A stretch of DNA of 63,442 bases, filler included, from Rhabdomonas costata (GCA_019059605.1; 36 parts of 36 records of this genome joined end to end with filler, not necessarily neighbours in it); one strand, 5' to 3'. Counted from the whole stretch's first letter, positions 38,552 through 50,350 are shown. The notes: generated by a model not told the origin, from the sequence alone. Numbers and translations: made by a program.

Positions 38552-40967
38552 CTGTAAGATAATACATACAGCAACCAAGAAAAGCAACCCCAGTATTTTA
38601 GGGCCACACAACAAATTGGAAAGGAAAATGAGAGGGGAAGGCAAAGCAGGCCTGGAGTCGTTTATGCACAAAAGCAACAAGTAATGCAGTTGGAGGACAG
38701 GCAACCCAGAACTTCCTATCCGCAGTCCATGAATACCACACCNNNNNNNNNNNNNNNNNNNNNNNNNNNNNNNNNNNNNNNNNNNNTTAATTAATTAANN
38801 NNNNNNNNNNNNNNNNNNNNNNNNNNNNNNNNNNNNNNNNNNTGGGTTTAGAATTAATGAAGAGCTTTCGGTGTTTCTTTTGGGTTACGGTTTACCGTTT
38901 TACCGTTTTAGGGTTCGATTGTGAGTTCAAGAAGTGCTTCTGTTGTGCGCGTGACATAACTGTGCCATGGTTTTGGCAGGAATATGGGGAGCGAGTGTTC
39001 GACATGCGGTGGCTGCGGTGGGTAAAGCCTGGGCAGCAGGCCTTTCCCGCCCTCGCTGAGGGTCCCATCGTGCACCGGTCCTTCCACTCGGGGACCAGCC
39101 GGTGGGCTGTTCTGCGCTCCCGAAAATGGCACTGACACGAATCCCCCTTTTCTGCCTTTCAGTGCTTCCTGAGTTTTGCCGTTCAGCAATTTTGTTTTCC
39201 AGTATCTGTGAATACTGTCCTTTTGGGGGCGAAGGGAGTGCTTTCACCTCCCTTTTCCGAATAGCACATGGCCTGAGACGCCCCCTGGGAGAAGACGCGA
39301 GAGGAACAGAGGTGGTGCCTCTTGGTCCCCCCTTTTTTTATTGTTTTCTGGCTTTTGCCAGGGAGTCTCCACTGGTCAAAGGCCGTTGCGCTGCTTTTTC
39401 CGTCGGTCTCGGAGATTTTACCTCAGTAATCACCCTACAGGCAAGCTGTCCTTGTGCGCGTGGTGTGCGTGTGCGGTTGTTGTGTAATAACGGTTTCGTG
39501 GAATTCATTGGCGCACTCATATTCAGTGACTGTGCGGCGTGTTAGTGAGTTCCACCATCAGCACAAGTTTTTGTCTCCTCCGCACGTCCTTTTGTGTTTA
39601 TGTGTGTGTTACAGCTTCTACACAATGCCATGGAACATGAAAAGACAACGCAGTATTCGCTGGAAGGTTTGTGTTGTGTTGGATTCTCAATGCTTTTGTG
39701 CACGTGGCATGGCGCCACAGCCGCCGTTCTCGGAAGTTGGGGAGAGATTGGATGAACGCTCCGCTTGCTCCTTTTTCTCGGCATGTTCCCAAAAAACATC
39801 AGCAAGAACATCTGACATCAGCAGTACCCCCGCAGAAAATTGCAAGGGGTACCGCCAAGCATTATCCCATGTTTTTTGCGGGTTTTCAATCGCACATTCA
39901 AGTACATGATGTCGGTTGAAGGTGTGTGCTTCTCGGTGTCGGTGCTCTTGAATCCCCCCCCCCTCTGATGAATAGGAGCCTGTCGTCCCCTGCTTCTGAA
40001 GATTACGTCTTCTTTTTTCTCCGTGCGCCTCCCTCTCCAGAATTCTCTGGAAGAATACCTTCCCAAGGACCAGCAAATGATCCCAAATAGGGTTAGGTAG
40101 CGATGCATCTGACCCTAAATTCCGATTCAAAAGTTTCAGAGGCGAGAAGGCGATACATATGTCATCTGCGTTTCTTGCGATATTTAAGCCGCTGCACTCC
40201 GCTGCCTACGTGCTTTCTACCTTTCTGCCAATAGCATCCTCTTCTTTGTCCTCTTCTTCTTTTGGTGCTTGCGTTGCTCCGCCTCGCAGGGTTTTGTGAT
40301 CGTCTTTTTTGTTTGCGTTTTGTGTCCTTTCCTTGCTGCGCGTGCGTGCGTGCGTGCCGCGCGCGCGCCATCTGCGATGACGGTCCTTCCCCGGGATGCC
40401 CTGCAGTAAACGACCACCGAATACCCGTAGCCTCACATAAGGCCATGCCTGCAAAGGTACTTTTTTCTGCCTTGGGTCCCTGCAACACCACCACCACCAC
40501 CACACAANNNNNNNNNNNNNNNNNNNNNNNNNNNNNNNNNNNNNNNNNNNNTTAATTAATTAANNNNNNNNNNNNNNNNNNNNNNNNNNNNNNNNNNNNN
40601 NNNNNNNTGTGGGTTTGATTTCACGTTTCTGATAATCAGGGTCCGGTCCAGTGAGTGGGGTGGGGGGGAGGCGTTCAGAGGTGTAATGTCGTTGAATGCT
40701 GAAGCACGCTGCGGTCGTGTGGGCTTCAGGCGGCCTCCAGCCATTTGCCTGCACCCCAGGCCTCGGTCGGCTTTCTTGGAGTGATATATCTATCATCAGT
40801 CATGCGGTGAAGGGAGAAACTAGCTGCGTGAGATCGCTTTGTTTTCTGGTTTGATTTTTTACTCATCGAAACACACGGCACGGGTGAGGGCTGCTATCCC
40901 AGTGTGGTCATGGGGGAATGTGGTGAGCTCCCCACCGCAGACGCGAACGCTGAGCCCCTGGAGGGCG

Positions 40968-40998
<31 letters not shown>

Positions 40999-41936
40999 CG
41001 TACGTGCGTCAATAGCTGTCCATCACTGCGCTGGAATGGTGGGATATGACAACGGACGCTGAGCGTGGCGAGTGGAAAAGAAGCTTAGCAGGGAGGCGCA
41101 CAGCAGTGGGGCTCGGGAGGGCTTGTGAAGGTATATGAATGTCTCTGGCTGGCTCGGGGCCCCAGCTGGACAGTGGGTCGGTCGCGGGAGAGGAGACGCC
41201 CCTTGAGAGTAGGCAGGCAGTCGATTCCAGGGCAAGGGAGTTGTCGGGGTTGAAATACAACATAAAACATAAAGCAGTAGATGGTCATCATCAAAGTTTC
41301 AACTTTTCTAAATCCTCTGAACAGCCAGGCGGCGAACCAAGTCATTGGGACGCTGCCGTTCTAAAAGTCAGGTGGGACTTGCCCATGACGTCAGTCACTG
41401 CAACGGGTTGGAAGGTGGCAAGGGGTTGTTCCTTTTCCTGTTTTCGGTGGGCGCTTGAAGGTGAACAGAAGGTCCTGCACTGCTGGCAGTGGATTCCCAA
41501 AGACCTTCTCCGGCGAGCGGTGCAGGCCTACGTGTGGGTACGTCAGCCCTTCCCCCAACAATCCCCAACAATGGTTTTCCCTTCACTTTGTGAGGGCAAA
41601 TGTGCATTCTGATGTGACCCAAGGATAGGTGCTTCTCCTTTCCTGAGTGGATTTTGGGGGGAGTTCGTCGTGAAACTCTTCGTTGGGAATACCACCTTAA
41701 AAGCCCGTTTTTGTAGGATCCTTCTTAAGTCGGTCATTCTTCGCTCCGTTCGCTCCGTTGCCTTCCCCTGCAACTGGCAGTGTATCCCCTTGGTGGGAAC
41801 GCTCTCTCTCGCACTCCTTCTCCGCTACTCTGGGATAGCCTCCTTTTTTTTAGAACTCAGAACTACTGAGGACTAAAAAAATATTTTCTCTGCCACCAAC
41901 GCTTTTTGTGGGTTCCTTATTTCCATCGCTCGGTAG

Positions 41937-42116
41937 GGCATCGCGCTGTACATCAATGAGGACCCTCGAGGGGCACTGCCGTGGTTCCGCGAGGCTCTCT
42001 CTGTGCTTCCCTCGGACCAGCCCTCTAAAGCCATGGTGGAGATGTGCGAGGCCGCCGCTGCGACAGAAGGCCGGGCAGCCACCCCATTCGATGGAATCAT
42101 CCGAGTCACGAAATAA
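41937..42116 (+). CDS. Terminal exon resembling the TPR-like C-terminal tail of bacterial-type class III nucleotidyl cyclases
   Basis: GIALY..ED.RGAL.WFREAL...PSDQPS.AM.EMC.........FDGIIRVTK* fits the G-L-x-x-Y...F..AL...P.D.PS......C...[WF]DG....K tail. TAG acceptor at 41934-41936. Not in the ORF track. Confidence 0.65.
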   Translation, partial: GIALYINEDPRGALPWFREALSVLPSDQPSKAMVEMCEAAAATEGRAATPFDGIIRVTK

Positions 42117-42661
42117 GTGGGTAAGTGCCATGAGTGGTGATGAGGTTGCTCGGAATTTAGCCCCGGTAATGGATGAACGGGCGGTAGTGGACGTGTTTTT
42201 CTTTTTTTTTAACTTCGAGTTTCATCCGCACTCACACACACTCACTCATTTACGGACTGGCGCCCACAAACANNNNNNNNNNNNNNNNNNNNNNNNNNNN
42301 NNNNNNNNNNNNNNNNTTAATTAATTAANNNNNNNNNNNNNNNNNNNNNNNNNNNNNNNNNNNNNNNNNNNNTGTGGGTGGGGCATGGCCGGGGTTTGAT
42401 CAACGGGAAAACATTGCAGTTACCGCTGGTGCTGACCACCAGTCGTCAAAGCTGATGGACACGAGGGTTGCGCAATTTTCTAATGTTGATGAGCATCCAG
42501 GAGATTTTTTTTTTAGGAGTCGCTCAAGGGTCATTCTGAATGCTCTTCAGCGGTTTGCGTTCTGCTGATGGATTGCGGTGGCAAACCACACCACCCTCGC
42601 CACCGCCTCCACCAGCCGTCGTGGTTGATTGCAGCACTCATGTCCTCACATGTTTTCGCAG

Positions 42662-44020
42662 CCCCATCAGCCCTGTAAAAGCCGAAGGCTCCGAGGAGTC
42701 TCCTCTGCTGGAATCCGTGGCCTCATCCGACAGCCCTACGCCAGTGGAGCCAGCTGTGGGCTCTCGTCCGGATTCAGACAGCCCCTCGCTGGATGGACCC
42801 TCCTTGCCTTCTTCCCCTCGTGCTGCCGCTTTGAGCGCGGACACAGAGAAGGTGGGGGCGTTCTCCGCCTTGGCGCCGTGGGTGCAGTTCCATGTCAACC
42901 GCACCACCTCCCGGGTGCTGTTTGTGATTATCATGGACCACGCGTACGGCGCCGGCGCTGGGTGCTACGCGAAGTACATGAGGATGCTGGGCGTCTCGGC
43001 GGCCTTGGTGCACACCCCCCTCCCCCCTTACCCACCCGCTGTGGGGTGCGCTGCAGCGCAGGGTGAGGCTTCGTGAGATTCTCTCCTCTTCTCGAGGTAT
43101 TTGCCACTTGCATGATAACAGAACGGTGTGATGCCTTGTGTGCTTTCAAATTATCAATCAAACGGGCACCGGCTGCACCGGGTACCGGGAGAGGGTTTTG
43201 TACGGCCACGGAGTGTCATGGAAAGGGAATTGGGCTGCACAGTTTCTCGAAGCCTGGGCGGCAGACATGCTGATAGAGAAAGTGCCATGAATTGGAATTC
43301 AGAAGTCACAGCCTGTTTCTACTCACCGAAAAAAGCTCTCTTGTGATGGACTTGTGTGTGGAATGGGGTCGGGGCAGGCTTTTTTCGGCAATGTGAGGCC
43401 CCAGCTCATCGCCTCTGTGCACGGCCTGCACCTTTGCCATGTCTTTGGGCAGTGCCCCAATTCTTCGACGTCGAGCTCGCCCTTCTCTGGCTCTTCGGGA
43501 AGCCTCTGGAGAGGTGTGAGTCGGCTGCCTGTTTCCGCATCATTTTGCTTTCTCATTTGCACCGCTGGCTCGCTGTCAGTGCTTTCTTCAGGTACAGGTC
43601 AGACGCCGACTCGCAACTTGAGATGCTTCAAGGTCATTATATTATCTGGTCGAATCCAGCCACGAACGCACGTGAGAAGCGAATGACTCTCTCTCACACC
43701 TTAGCGTTTTGGGGGTGGTGCCCACTTGAAATGTGATTAGAAACAATTAGGCGATTAGTAAAGGGTGGGAGTTTTGTCGGGATGGGTTAATCGGGTGCTG
43801 TCCCGGCATCGTGCCGTGTTCTTTGTTGATGGGGTTTGGAATCTCAGGAGGGCGGCAGCCGCAGCGGGTGGGGTTTCACCCACGGCTCTCACTGCTTAAG
43901 GCCGTGATGGAGCTGCCCTTCCCGGTGTCGTTTATTGTCAGTGACGCGGACATTGTTTGGGTGCGCGTGCCATCCTCGCTGATCCGCGCTGTTCGGACCG
44001 CTGATTTCGTCGTCTCCAAG
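42662..44020 (+). CDS. Nucleotide-diphospho-sugar transferase (GT77-like); exons about 42662-43007 and 43848-44020, middle unresolved
   Basis: A Ser/Pro stem is followed by VLFVIIMDHAY. The later exon reads RLSLLKAVMEL...FIVSDADIVWVRVP...ADFVVS with a DxD motif. Confidence 0.65.
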
Positions 44021-44344
44021 GTTTGCACACCCCCACANNNNNNNNNNNNNNNNNNNNNNNNNNNNNNNNNNNNNNNNNNNNTTAATTAATTAANNNNNNN
44101 NNNNNNNNNNNNNNNNNNNNNNNNNNNNNNNNNNNNNGGGAGGTGTGCCTGTGTGCTAAGTGCTGCGTGGGGTCTAATCGCAAAGACTCGATGGGCGAAG
44201 AAAGAGAAGATGAGCACAGTGTTTTGTCCAGCCAGGAGTCGGGCAGTAGGGCCAAAAAGCTGGCATGATTGTCTCCATGTGCATCCATGTGCGCGGTTAA
44301 ATCGCGCTTTTGTGTTGTAAACGGGTGTGTTTCTCTTTCTTCAG

Positions 44345-45551
44345 AATTCAGGGAGCGGTTGGAGAGCAGAGCTCTGACGAGGAAAGCCGCCAGCGGCAGG
44401 CCCAGCTCTCCGCCGAGATCGCAGCCAGCATGAAGAAGATTAACACCTCCACGCTGGGCTCCAAGGCGGCGAAGGAGCTGAAGGTGATGCAGGGGCTGGT
44501 GGTGCGGCTGACCGCCGAGGCCACCACGATGGCCCGCACGGTGCTGTCCTCACCCCCGGAGCAGCTCAACTTCGCGTGGAAGGTGCGGATGGTGTCCGTG
44601 GGTCGTTGTTGTAGCTGTGGAGACGTGCAGAGGTCGTGGATGGGGGCCTGCGAGGACCGACCAAACTCAACTGGACCCAAAAGCCAAGTGTTTCGCATAG
44701 ATCGGAAGGTTCCAAGATCCTAGCCCAAAGCGAGGCGGAAAGATAAAAGGCAAACAGTTCAGAAAAGTACTGAGAGCAGGTTTAGCATGCCTGTGAAGTT
44801 TCCTGAACTTTCTACCAAAAACCAGCAGGATAAGTACCTCCTAACGGCCGCATGTATTGTGCAGACCCCTTGTGGACGTGTCCGCTTTCGGGCTGGTGGG
44901 GTTAGGTTTTTTTGTGACTTGGTGGGTTTAGGCCGTTTCTACTGAATCGTGAATGGGGCTGCGCTTCTCACAGGGCAGGCAAAGGGTGATCGCATGCTTG
45001 GGTTTTACGCTCCCGCAACCCCTCTCCCTCCTTCCCAGTTGCATCATAACAGTATCTGTGGGCGCGGCGCTTTCTGTGTTGGTTGCTCTTTCGTCTCATT
45101 CAAGGGATAACACTTGTATTGAGGAGGGGGGGTTAAACATTTATCGTCGTTGAACGAGGATGGATTGGGACAACATTAGTTAGCAGGGCGGAAGCCAGCC
45201 CGGGGCGCGCCGGTGCGGGCGGATGAGGCGTGCGTTAAACGGCGTTTATCGCCCCCCCTCTCCCCAACACAACAGCCCCCTCAAGCGAGACCAGATGTAC
45301 AAAGGATGGGGTTTGGTGTTGGGACGTCATTGCAAAGCGTCACGTGCGGTTTCTGTCTTCAGTCCACACATCCGTCTGTGTAACCTCCACTTGCCCCCCC
45401 CCCCTGCAAGTGCCGTCTCTATCCTTCACAGGATGTTTTCCTGATCCGCATCTCCACGGTGGATCACCAACACAAGAGGTTGTTCGAGATCCTGGGCCGT
45501 CTCTCTCACGTCGCCTTGACAAACATGTCGGAGTCGCGCCGAACGGATATT
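44345..45551 (+). CDS. Hemerythrin-domain protein with N-terminal helical extension; exons about 44345-44582, 45432-45551
   Basis: A phase-0 GT-AG join gives FAWK|DVFLIRISTVDHQHKRLFEIL, the hemerythrin N-terminal W-x-D...[IV]DxQHKxLF motif with the first iron-ligand His. Confidence 0.8.
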
Positions 45552-46621
45552 GTGTGCCTGTCCCCCCCCCCTCTTTCTCATAGCATGTCGCTGAAGGTAA
45601 CGGGAAAGTATCCTTCTCACGAATCTTCGGGTTTCCAAAGCCTCCTCCAAAATGGGATGTATGCTCTCCTCCGCTCAAGGATGAGTTGTCTGATTTAATG
45701 CTGGTGATATGTTCATATTTGTCGAATCCAGGTTTTCAAAATAGACTTACTCCAAAACAAACAGTTGCACCCCGAAATCGAGAACTCAGTCCGTACGTTT
45801 TTNNNNNNNNNNNNNNNNNNNNNNNNNNNNNNNNNNNNNNNNNNNNTTAATTAATTAANNNNNNNNNNNNNNNNNNNNNNNNNNNNNNNNNNNNNNNNNN
45901 NNTTGTGTGTGTGGCATTGAGTAGAACTTTTGGTTGCGGCTGTCCTGGACTGCTGCTGTGCATTGTTGTGTGGCTTCTGCTGGCTTGTCAGCCTGTGATG
46001 TTTGGCCTCTGCTTTTCGGTTGTTCTTGTTCTTGTTCTTGTTCGGGCTTCGTTCACTGCATTACCTGCCGCCCTTTCTTCCTTTTTGCAGTTGTTCTTCT
46101 GATTGCACCGTGCTAGAGATCGCGTTTCTGCTATTGTGCGATTTTAACTGAATTTCTGAATAGCGGACGAGGAACGAGGAGTTCAAAGTTGGATGAACTG
46201 TATAGTTAGGTATATGAATATTGGGTGCGAACAGGATTTGCTGTCGGCAGATTTTCGGCGAGGTGCGCACCCCACATGGATGATAACAAGCATGGTGGAG
46301 AAGTAATACCTTTAATCGTCAAGTTTGAAGGGGACGAAAATGCAGGAAATGCAGTGGGACTACTGTAGTGTTGCCGGCATCTGGGTTTAATATCATTACT
46401 TAAAGTCCCGTCTGACGGTTAAGTCGAGCTGCACTATCTCGCGCGAACTATGGTTGTCAGAAGTAGGCAGACTTGAGCGCCTTTGGGTAGAGTTTGGAAT
46501 GGAGTGTGTTTAAATCTTTTCATTCGACCCCGACCAAGTTTGATGCCATTATACCACTCCGTTTCCCGGGCCTTTTTCTTTTTGCCTTTTTTGTGCCCTA
46601 GGTATCTTTGTTTTGGGACAA

Positions 46622-47562
46622 ATGTTTCAGATTCCACAGTCAGTAGTCGTCGTAGTGACATTTCTGGTTATGCTTGGTTTGCATTTGTATTTTGAGTGGA
46701 GGGCGGATGACCGAAATGAGCCCTCTTCCGAGGCTTTGCTGCGGCCCGAGGTGAGCTTCACCTCTTCAAATCGCACTCCAGGAAACGCCATGACTCGCCG
46801 CTCCAATGAGGAGTGGAAAAGGTTCAGGACCAACCTTGTGGGTCTGGCGTGGAATGACCCCTGCATTCGGGCCATTGGCACATGGAGGTTGACCTACGCC
46901 GTGCTGCACGAAGAAATTCTGAGCGGGGTGCGCCCCAAGCGCTTCGCCGTGGTAGTTTTCCCGGAGCGCGGCACGGCGGACCAGCTGGCCGGAGCCCTGA
47001 CGTTGTTCTACTAAGCCTTGTTCACGGCGGGCGCTGCAGTTTGTTTCGTACGGGGCGGTGCCTCACTTTAGCATGGGCTTTGACTCCCCTTTCATTAACT
47101 GGACCCCATATCCAGAGGAAGTGTACGAGCACTTGAAGTACACCTACAAGGGTGTTCCTGAGTACAAGGGACCCCGAGATCCTGGCTTTCAGAAGAACCG
47201 TAAGCTGTATACGTTCTGGTATCTGGTAAATCAGAATGTCTCTCCGGACGCCTTTGCGCGCGACAGCTTTTGCTCGATCGGTACCCTGAACGATTCCGCA
47301 CCGTATGCCTTTTTGACCTCCAACCGAGGAAGGTCCTTCGTTTTGATTGACAACCCCAGCCACCGTTCCCCTTTGCAGCGCCTTGGGGTTCGGGGCCAAG
47401 ACTTGGCTCGATGTGCCCTCCATTTTCTTTTCACTCCTAATGCTGGAACGATCAGCAAAATGCAACCGTTTCTCTATGCAATGGGTGACCGCACTGTCCT
47501 GCGAATCGGCATGCACATCCGCGTCGGGGATGCGGTCTTCAGCTCAAAGGACGACTTCCATG
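46622..47562 (+). pseudogene. Intronless fucosyltransferase-like (GT-B, HIRxGD) type II membrane protein with an internal stop and frameshift
   Basis: N-terminal TM, then GTADQLAG..TLFY*ALFT(g)RALQF and IGMHIRVGD. TAA at 47012-47014 and a frame change at about 47027. Confidence 0.65.
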
Positions 47563-48031
47563 NNNNNNNNNNNNNNNNNNNNNNNNNNNNNNNNNNNNNN
47601 NNNNNNTTAATTAATTAANNNNNNNNNNNNNNNNNNNNNNNNNNNNNNNNNNNNNNNNNNNNTTGGTTGGTGTTCTTGGGTGGTGTTCTTGAGTTGATGT
47701 CGGGATTCGTGGCGCTGGTTTCGTGGTTGGAGGGGCTTGGTGGGGGGTGACGTTACGGCTAGGATTTGCTAATTGGGGTTGGAGTGGTGTGTTGGGGTTT
47801 GGTTTCGAGTTGGTGGTGCTGGGTCTGGACATATTTGTGAGTGAGTGGGTGGTGGAGCGAGCGAAGAGACAGTCAACACAAAGGCCAAGGGTGTATGTGT
47901 CACTTTTCTGTAAAAGCCATTCGATGCTCAGGGCGAACATGCTGATGCTGCCGCCGCTACCCACCCACTGCATCCAACCCGCAGCAAGAGGTGATGGAGG
48001 GTGAGAGTGAGGTGAGAGAGAGGTGAGAGCG

Positions 48032-48081
48032 TAATCAAGGCCTCCTGCTGCCAACCTAATCAAGGGCTCCTGCTGCCAACC
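48032..48081. repeat. 25-bp tandem duplication (1 mismatch)
   Basis: taatcaaggcctcctgctgccaacc / taatcaagggctcctgctgccaacc. Confidence 0.9.
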
Positions 48082-48189
48082 ATGCCGCTGCTGGTGAGAT
48101 GCCACGTGGTGACAGAGTGTGAGGGCTACCCACCCTTGCATGACCCACGCTGCCCTCCACCTCTGATGCTGAGCCTGTGGTAGGGAGTG

Positions 48190-48545
48190 TGTCAAAAGGG
48201 AGGCCAGAACTCAAAACTCACCACTGCGTTGGTGATCCCAGCCTGCGCTGGACTCACTCACTCATGTCCCGATGCAACCTCCGGTGGTTGAAGGAAGATG
48301 CCAAGAGTGACCCTGAGGCAATCATCCGAAGTGGAGCCCTCGGGAGAGCGACCTCACCACCTCCTACACACAACCTCTTACTCCAAGATGCCATGAGGCC
48401 AGGTAGTGCTGTGAGTGGGTAATGTGGTGCGATGCACGTGTCCCAATCTGAGTGTAGGCCTTGGGGGTTAGGTGGCGATGCATGTCTCATCCCAAAGTCA
48501 ACGTCCAACGCATCCGTGGAAATTAGTTTCCTGAGGGTTGGTTTG
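48190..48545 (-). mobile_element. Possible degenerate retroelement RNase H (DIRS/Ngaro/VIPER-type)
   Basis: LISTDALDVDFG is two transitions away from TDASxxGFG. It is followed by SDW, a frameshifted HIT and later GITNAV (cf. G..N..AD). Confidence 0.3.
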
Positions 48546-49429
48546 ACAACGACAACTCCACTCAAAACTCCATGAGATCAACCCCTGAGCTCGGGCTGCG
48601 GTGAAAAGGACGCCAGCCCCCGCAACAGGAACAGTATGTTTTTGGTGGGCGAAATCGGTCGAGAGTCATACCGTATGAGTGGAAATAAATGGAACAGCAC
48701 GAATTATAGGTCAATGGGTCAGCGTCGAAGTTGACCCTCATTTCCAATTTTTCTTTGTAGAGAAGCCTTTACGGCGTGCCGGGGCCCGCATTTCGCATTT
48801 CGCAGGGGGGCTTGGGGTAGTGAGAGTGTTTTTTGTACGTCGTCAATAAACCCTCCACTGCCAGGGGAAAGAAGCGGCGCAAGAGAAACAACAAGCGGCA
48901 CGAGTGGGTACCTGCTTGAGGTGAAAGAGCGGGACACAAATTGAATGCTGAAAAGGGGAAAAGTCGTGATGAAAACCGCCGGGGCGAGAACACATTTTTG
49001 CATTGTTGAAGTAGAAAGTTCGCAGTAAATTTTTCTGTGTGGATGCCGGAGAGGAAACCTTCCTTATCGTTGTACGATTCTGTGCCATTTTCTGTTTCTC
49101 AGCTGCTTTTCTGTGCAAGTGTTTGCATGTCCTTGACTTTATTTTGTTCTTCCATTTTTGATTCCACAAAATGAACAGTTCAAACGGTATGCTTGCTGGC
49201 CAGATGCTTTTCACGTCATGGCACAAGCATCCACACGAACCCCCACACACAGATCGCACACAGATCGCCGGCTAAATCTAATTCTTGCGTCGCCTCCCAA
49301 CCCGGGGTATGTTGCTGGGCGGGCTCCNNNNNNNNNNNNNNNNNNNNNNNNNNNNNNNNNNNNNNNNNNNNTTAATTAATTAANNNNNNNNNNNNNNNNN
49401 NNNNNNNNNNNNNNNNNNNNNNNNNNNTG

Positions 49430-50350
49430 CGTTCTGGGGATTGTTTCCTTTCCTTTGCACAACGACTTGGGGATACCCGTCTTATATCCCTTTGCATGCA
49501 AAGGTCCGCCTCCAGCATTGTGGAGAAAGCTCTCCACGTTCACAGGGCCGATGATCGGATGAAACGAAACCAGTGGACTCGTCTCGACCTTCTTCGTGCC
49601 GCGGCGGAGTCCACTTGCACGTGCGATCGTTCGGGTGACTGGAAATGCATGGCCGTGGAGCTTCTTCGATTGCAGCAAATCTCGCCAGAGCAGTTCGCTC
49701 AGGCGGTAGTTCGTGCACTTGAAGCAGGCGCATCCAAGAGCGTAAACATTTTCTTGTATGGCACGACTTCATCGGCTAAGTCTTGGATTCTGGATCCCCT
49801 GCGGGTTATTTACGCCTGCCACCTCACACCACCTCGCAAATCTGGATTTCCTCTGCAAGATCTTCCTGAAAAGGAAGTAATTTTGTGGCAGGATTTCCGG
49901 CTTGATGAAGAGGTGCTTCATTGGAGCGGTCTTCTTCTGCTATTTGAAGGGACGCAGGTGACCATCAGGCGACCAAGAAACATCTTTCCAGGGGATCTGG
50001 ACTTCGTTGTTGGCCAGCCTATTTTCATCACATCCGCATCCAGGCTCTTCCACCGTGATGTGGAGGAGCAAAAGATGATGGACGGGAGATTTAGGTTCTT
50101 CCATTTTGGGAAATCGATCCCAGCACAACGTGCACGGAAGATCCCGTGTGGCCCCTGCTTCGCTTCGCTGTGGCTATCCCTCGCCCCTCTTCATGCTCGA
50201 GCTCCACAACTCCAGCCATACGCCCACGACTCCCACTCAAGCTCAACGGACGCATCGAATTCGTCATCTGTTCATCTCTTCTGCGTGGACTGTGGGCTTC
50301 TCCGCTCCTCCTCGCCGTTTTGCTCCGCATATGGCAAGAAACATGTGTAA
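49430..50350 (+). mobile_element. Intronless parvovirus-NS1/Rep-like superfamily 3 helicase ORF with C-terminal CCCH finger, 5'-truncated
   Basis: NIFLYGTTSSAKS (Walker A, 49760-49783), FPLQD...VILWQDF (Walker B), LLFEG..V.I..P (B'), PIFITS (motif C) and MMDGRF (Arg finger) occur in SF3 order and spacing. The frame is open to the contig edge. Confidence 0.8.

Noticed and set aside
47012-47014. In-frame TAA as evidence for stop-codon reassignment
   Set aside because: A frameshift sits 13 nt away, and TAA terminates ACS, USP, the helicase and the cyclase tail at the expected positions.
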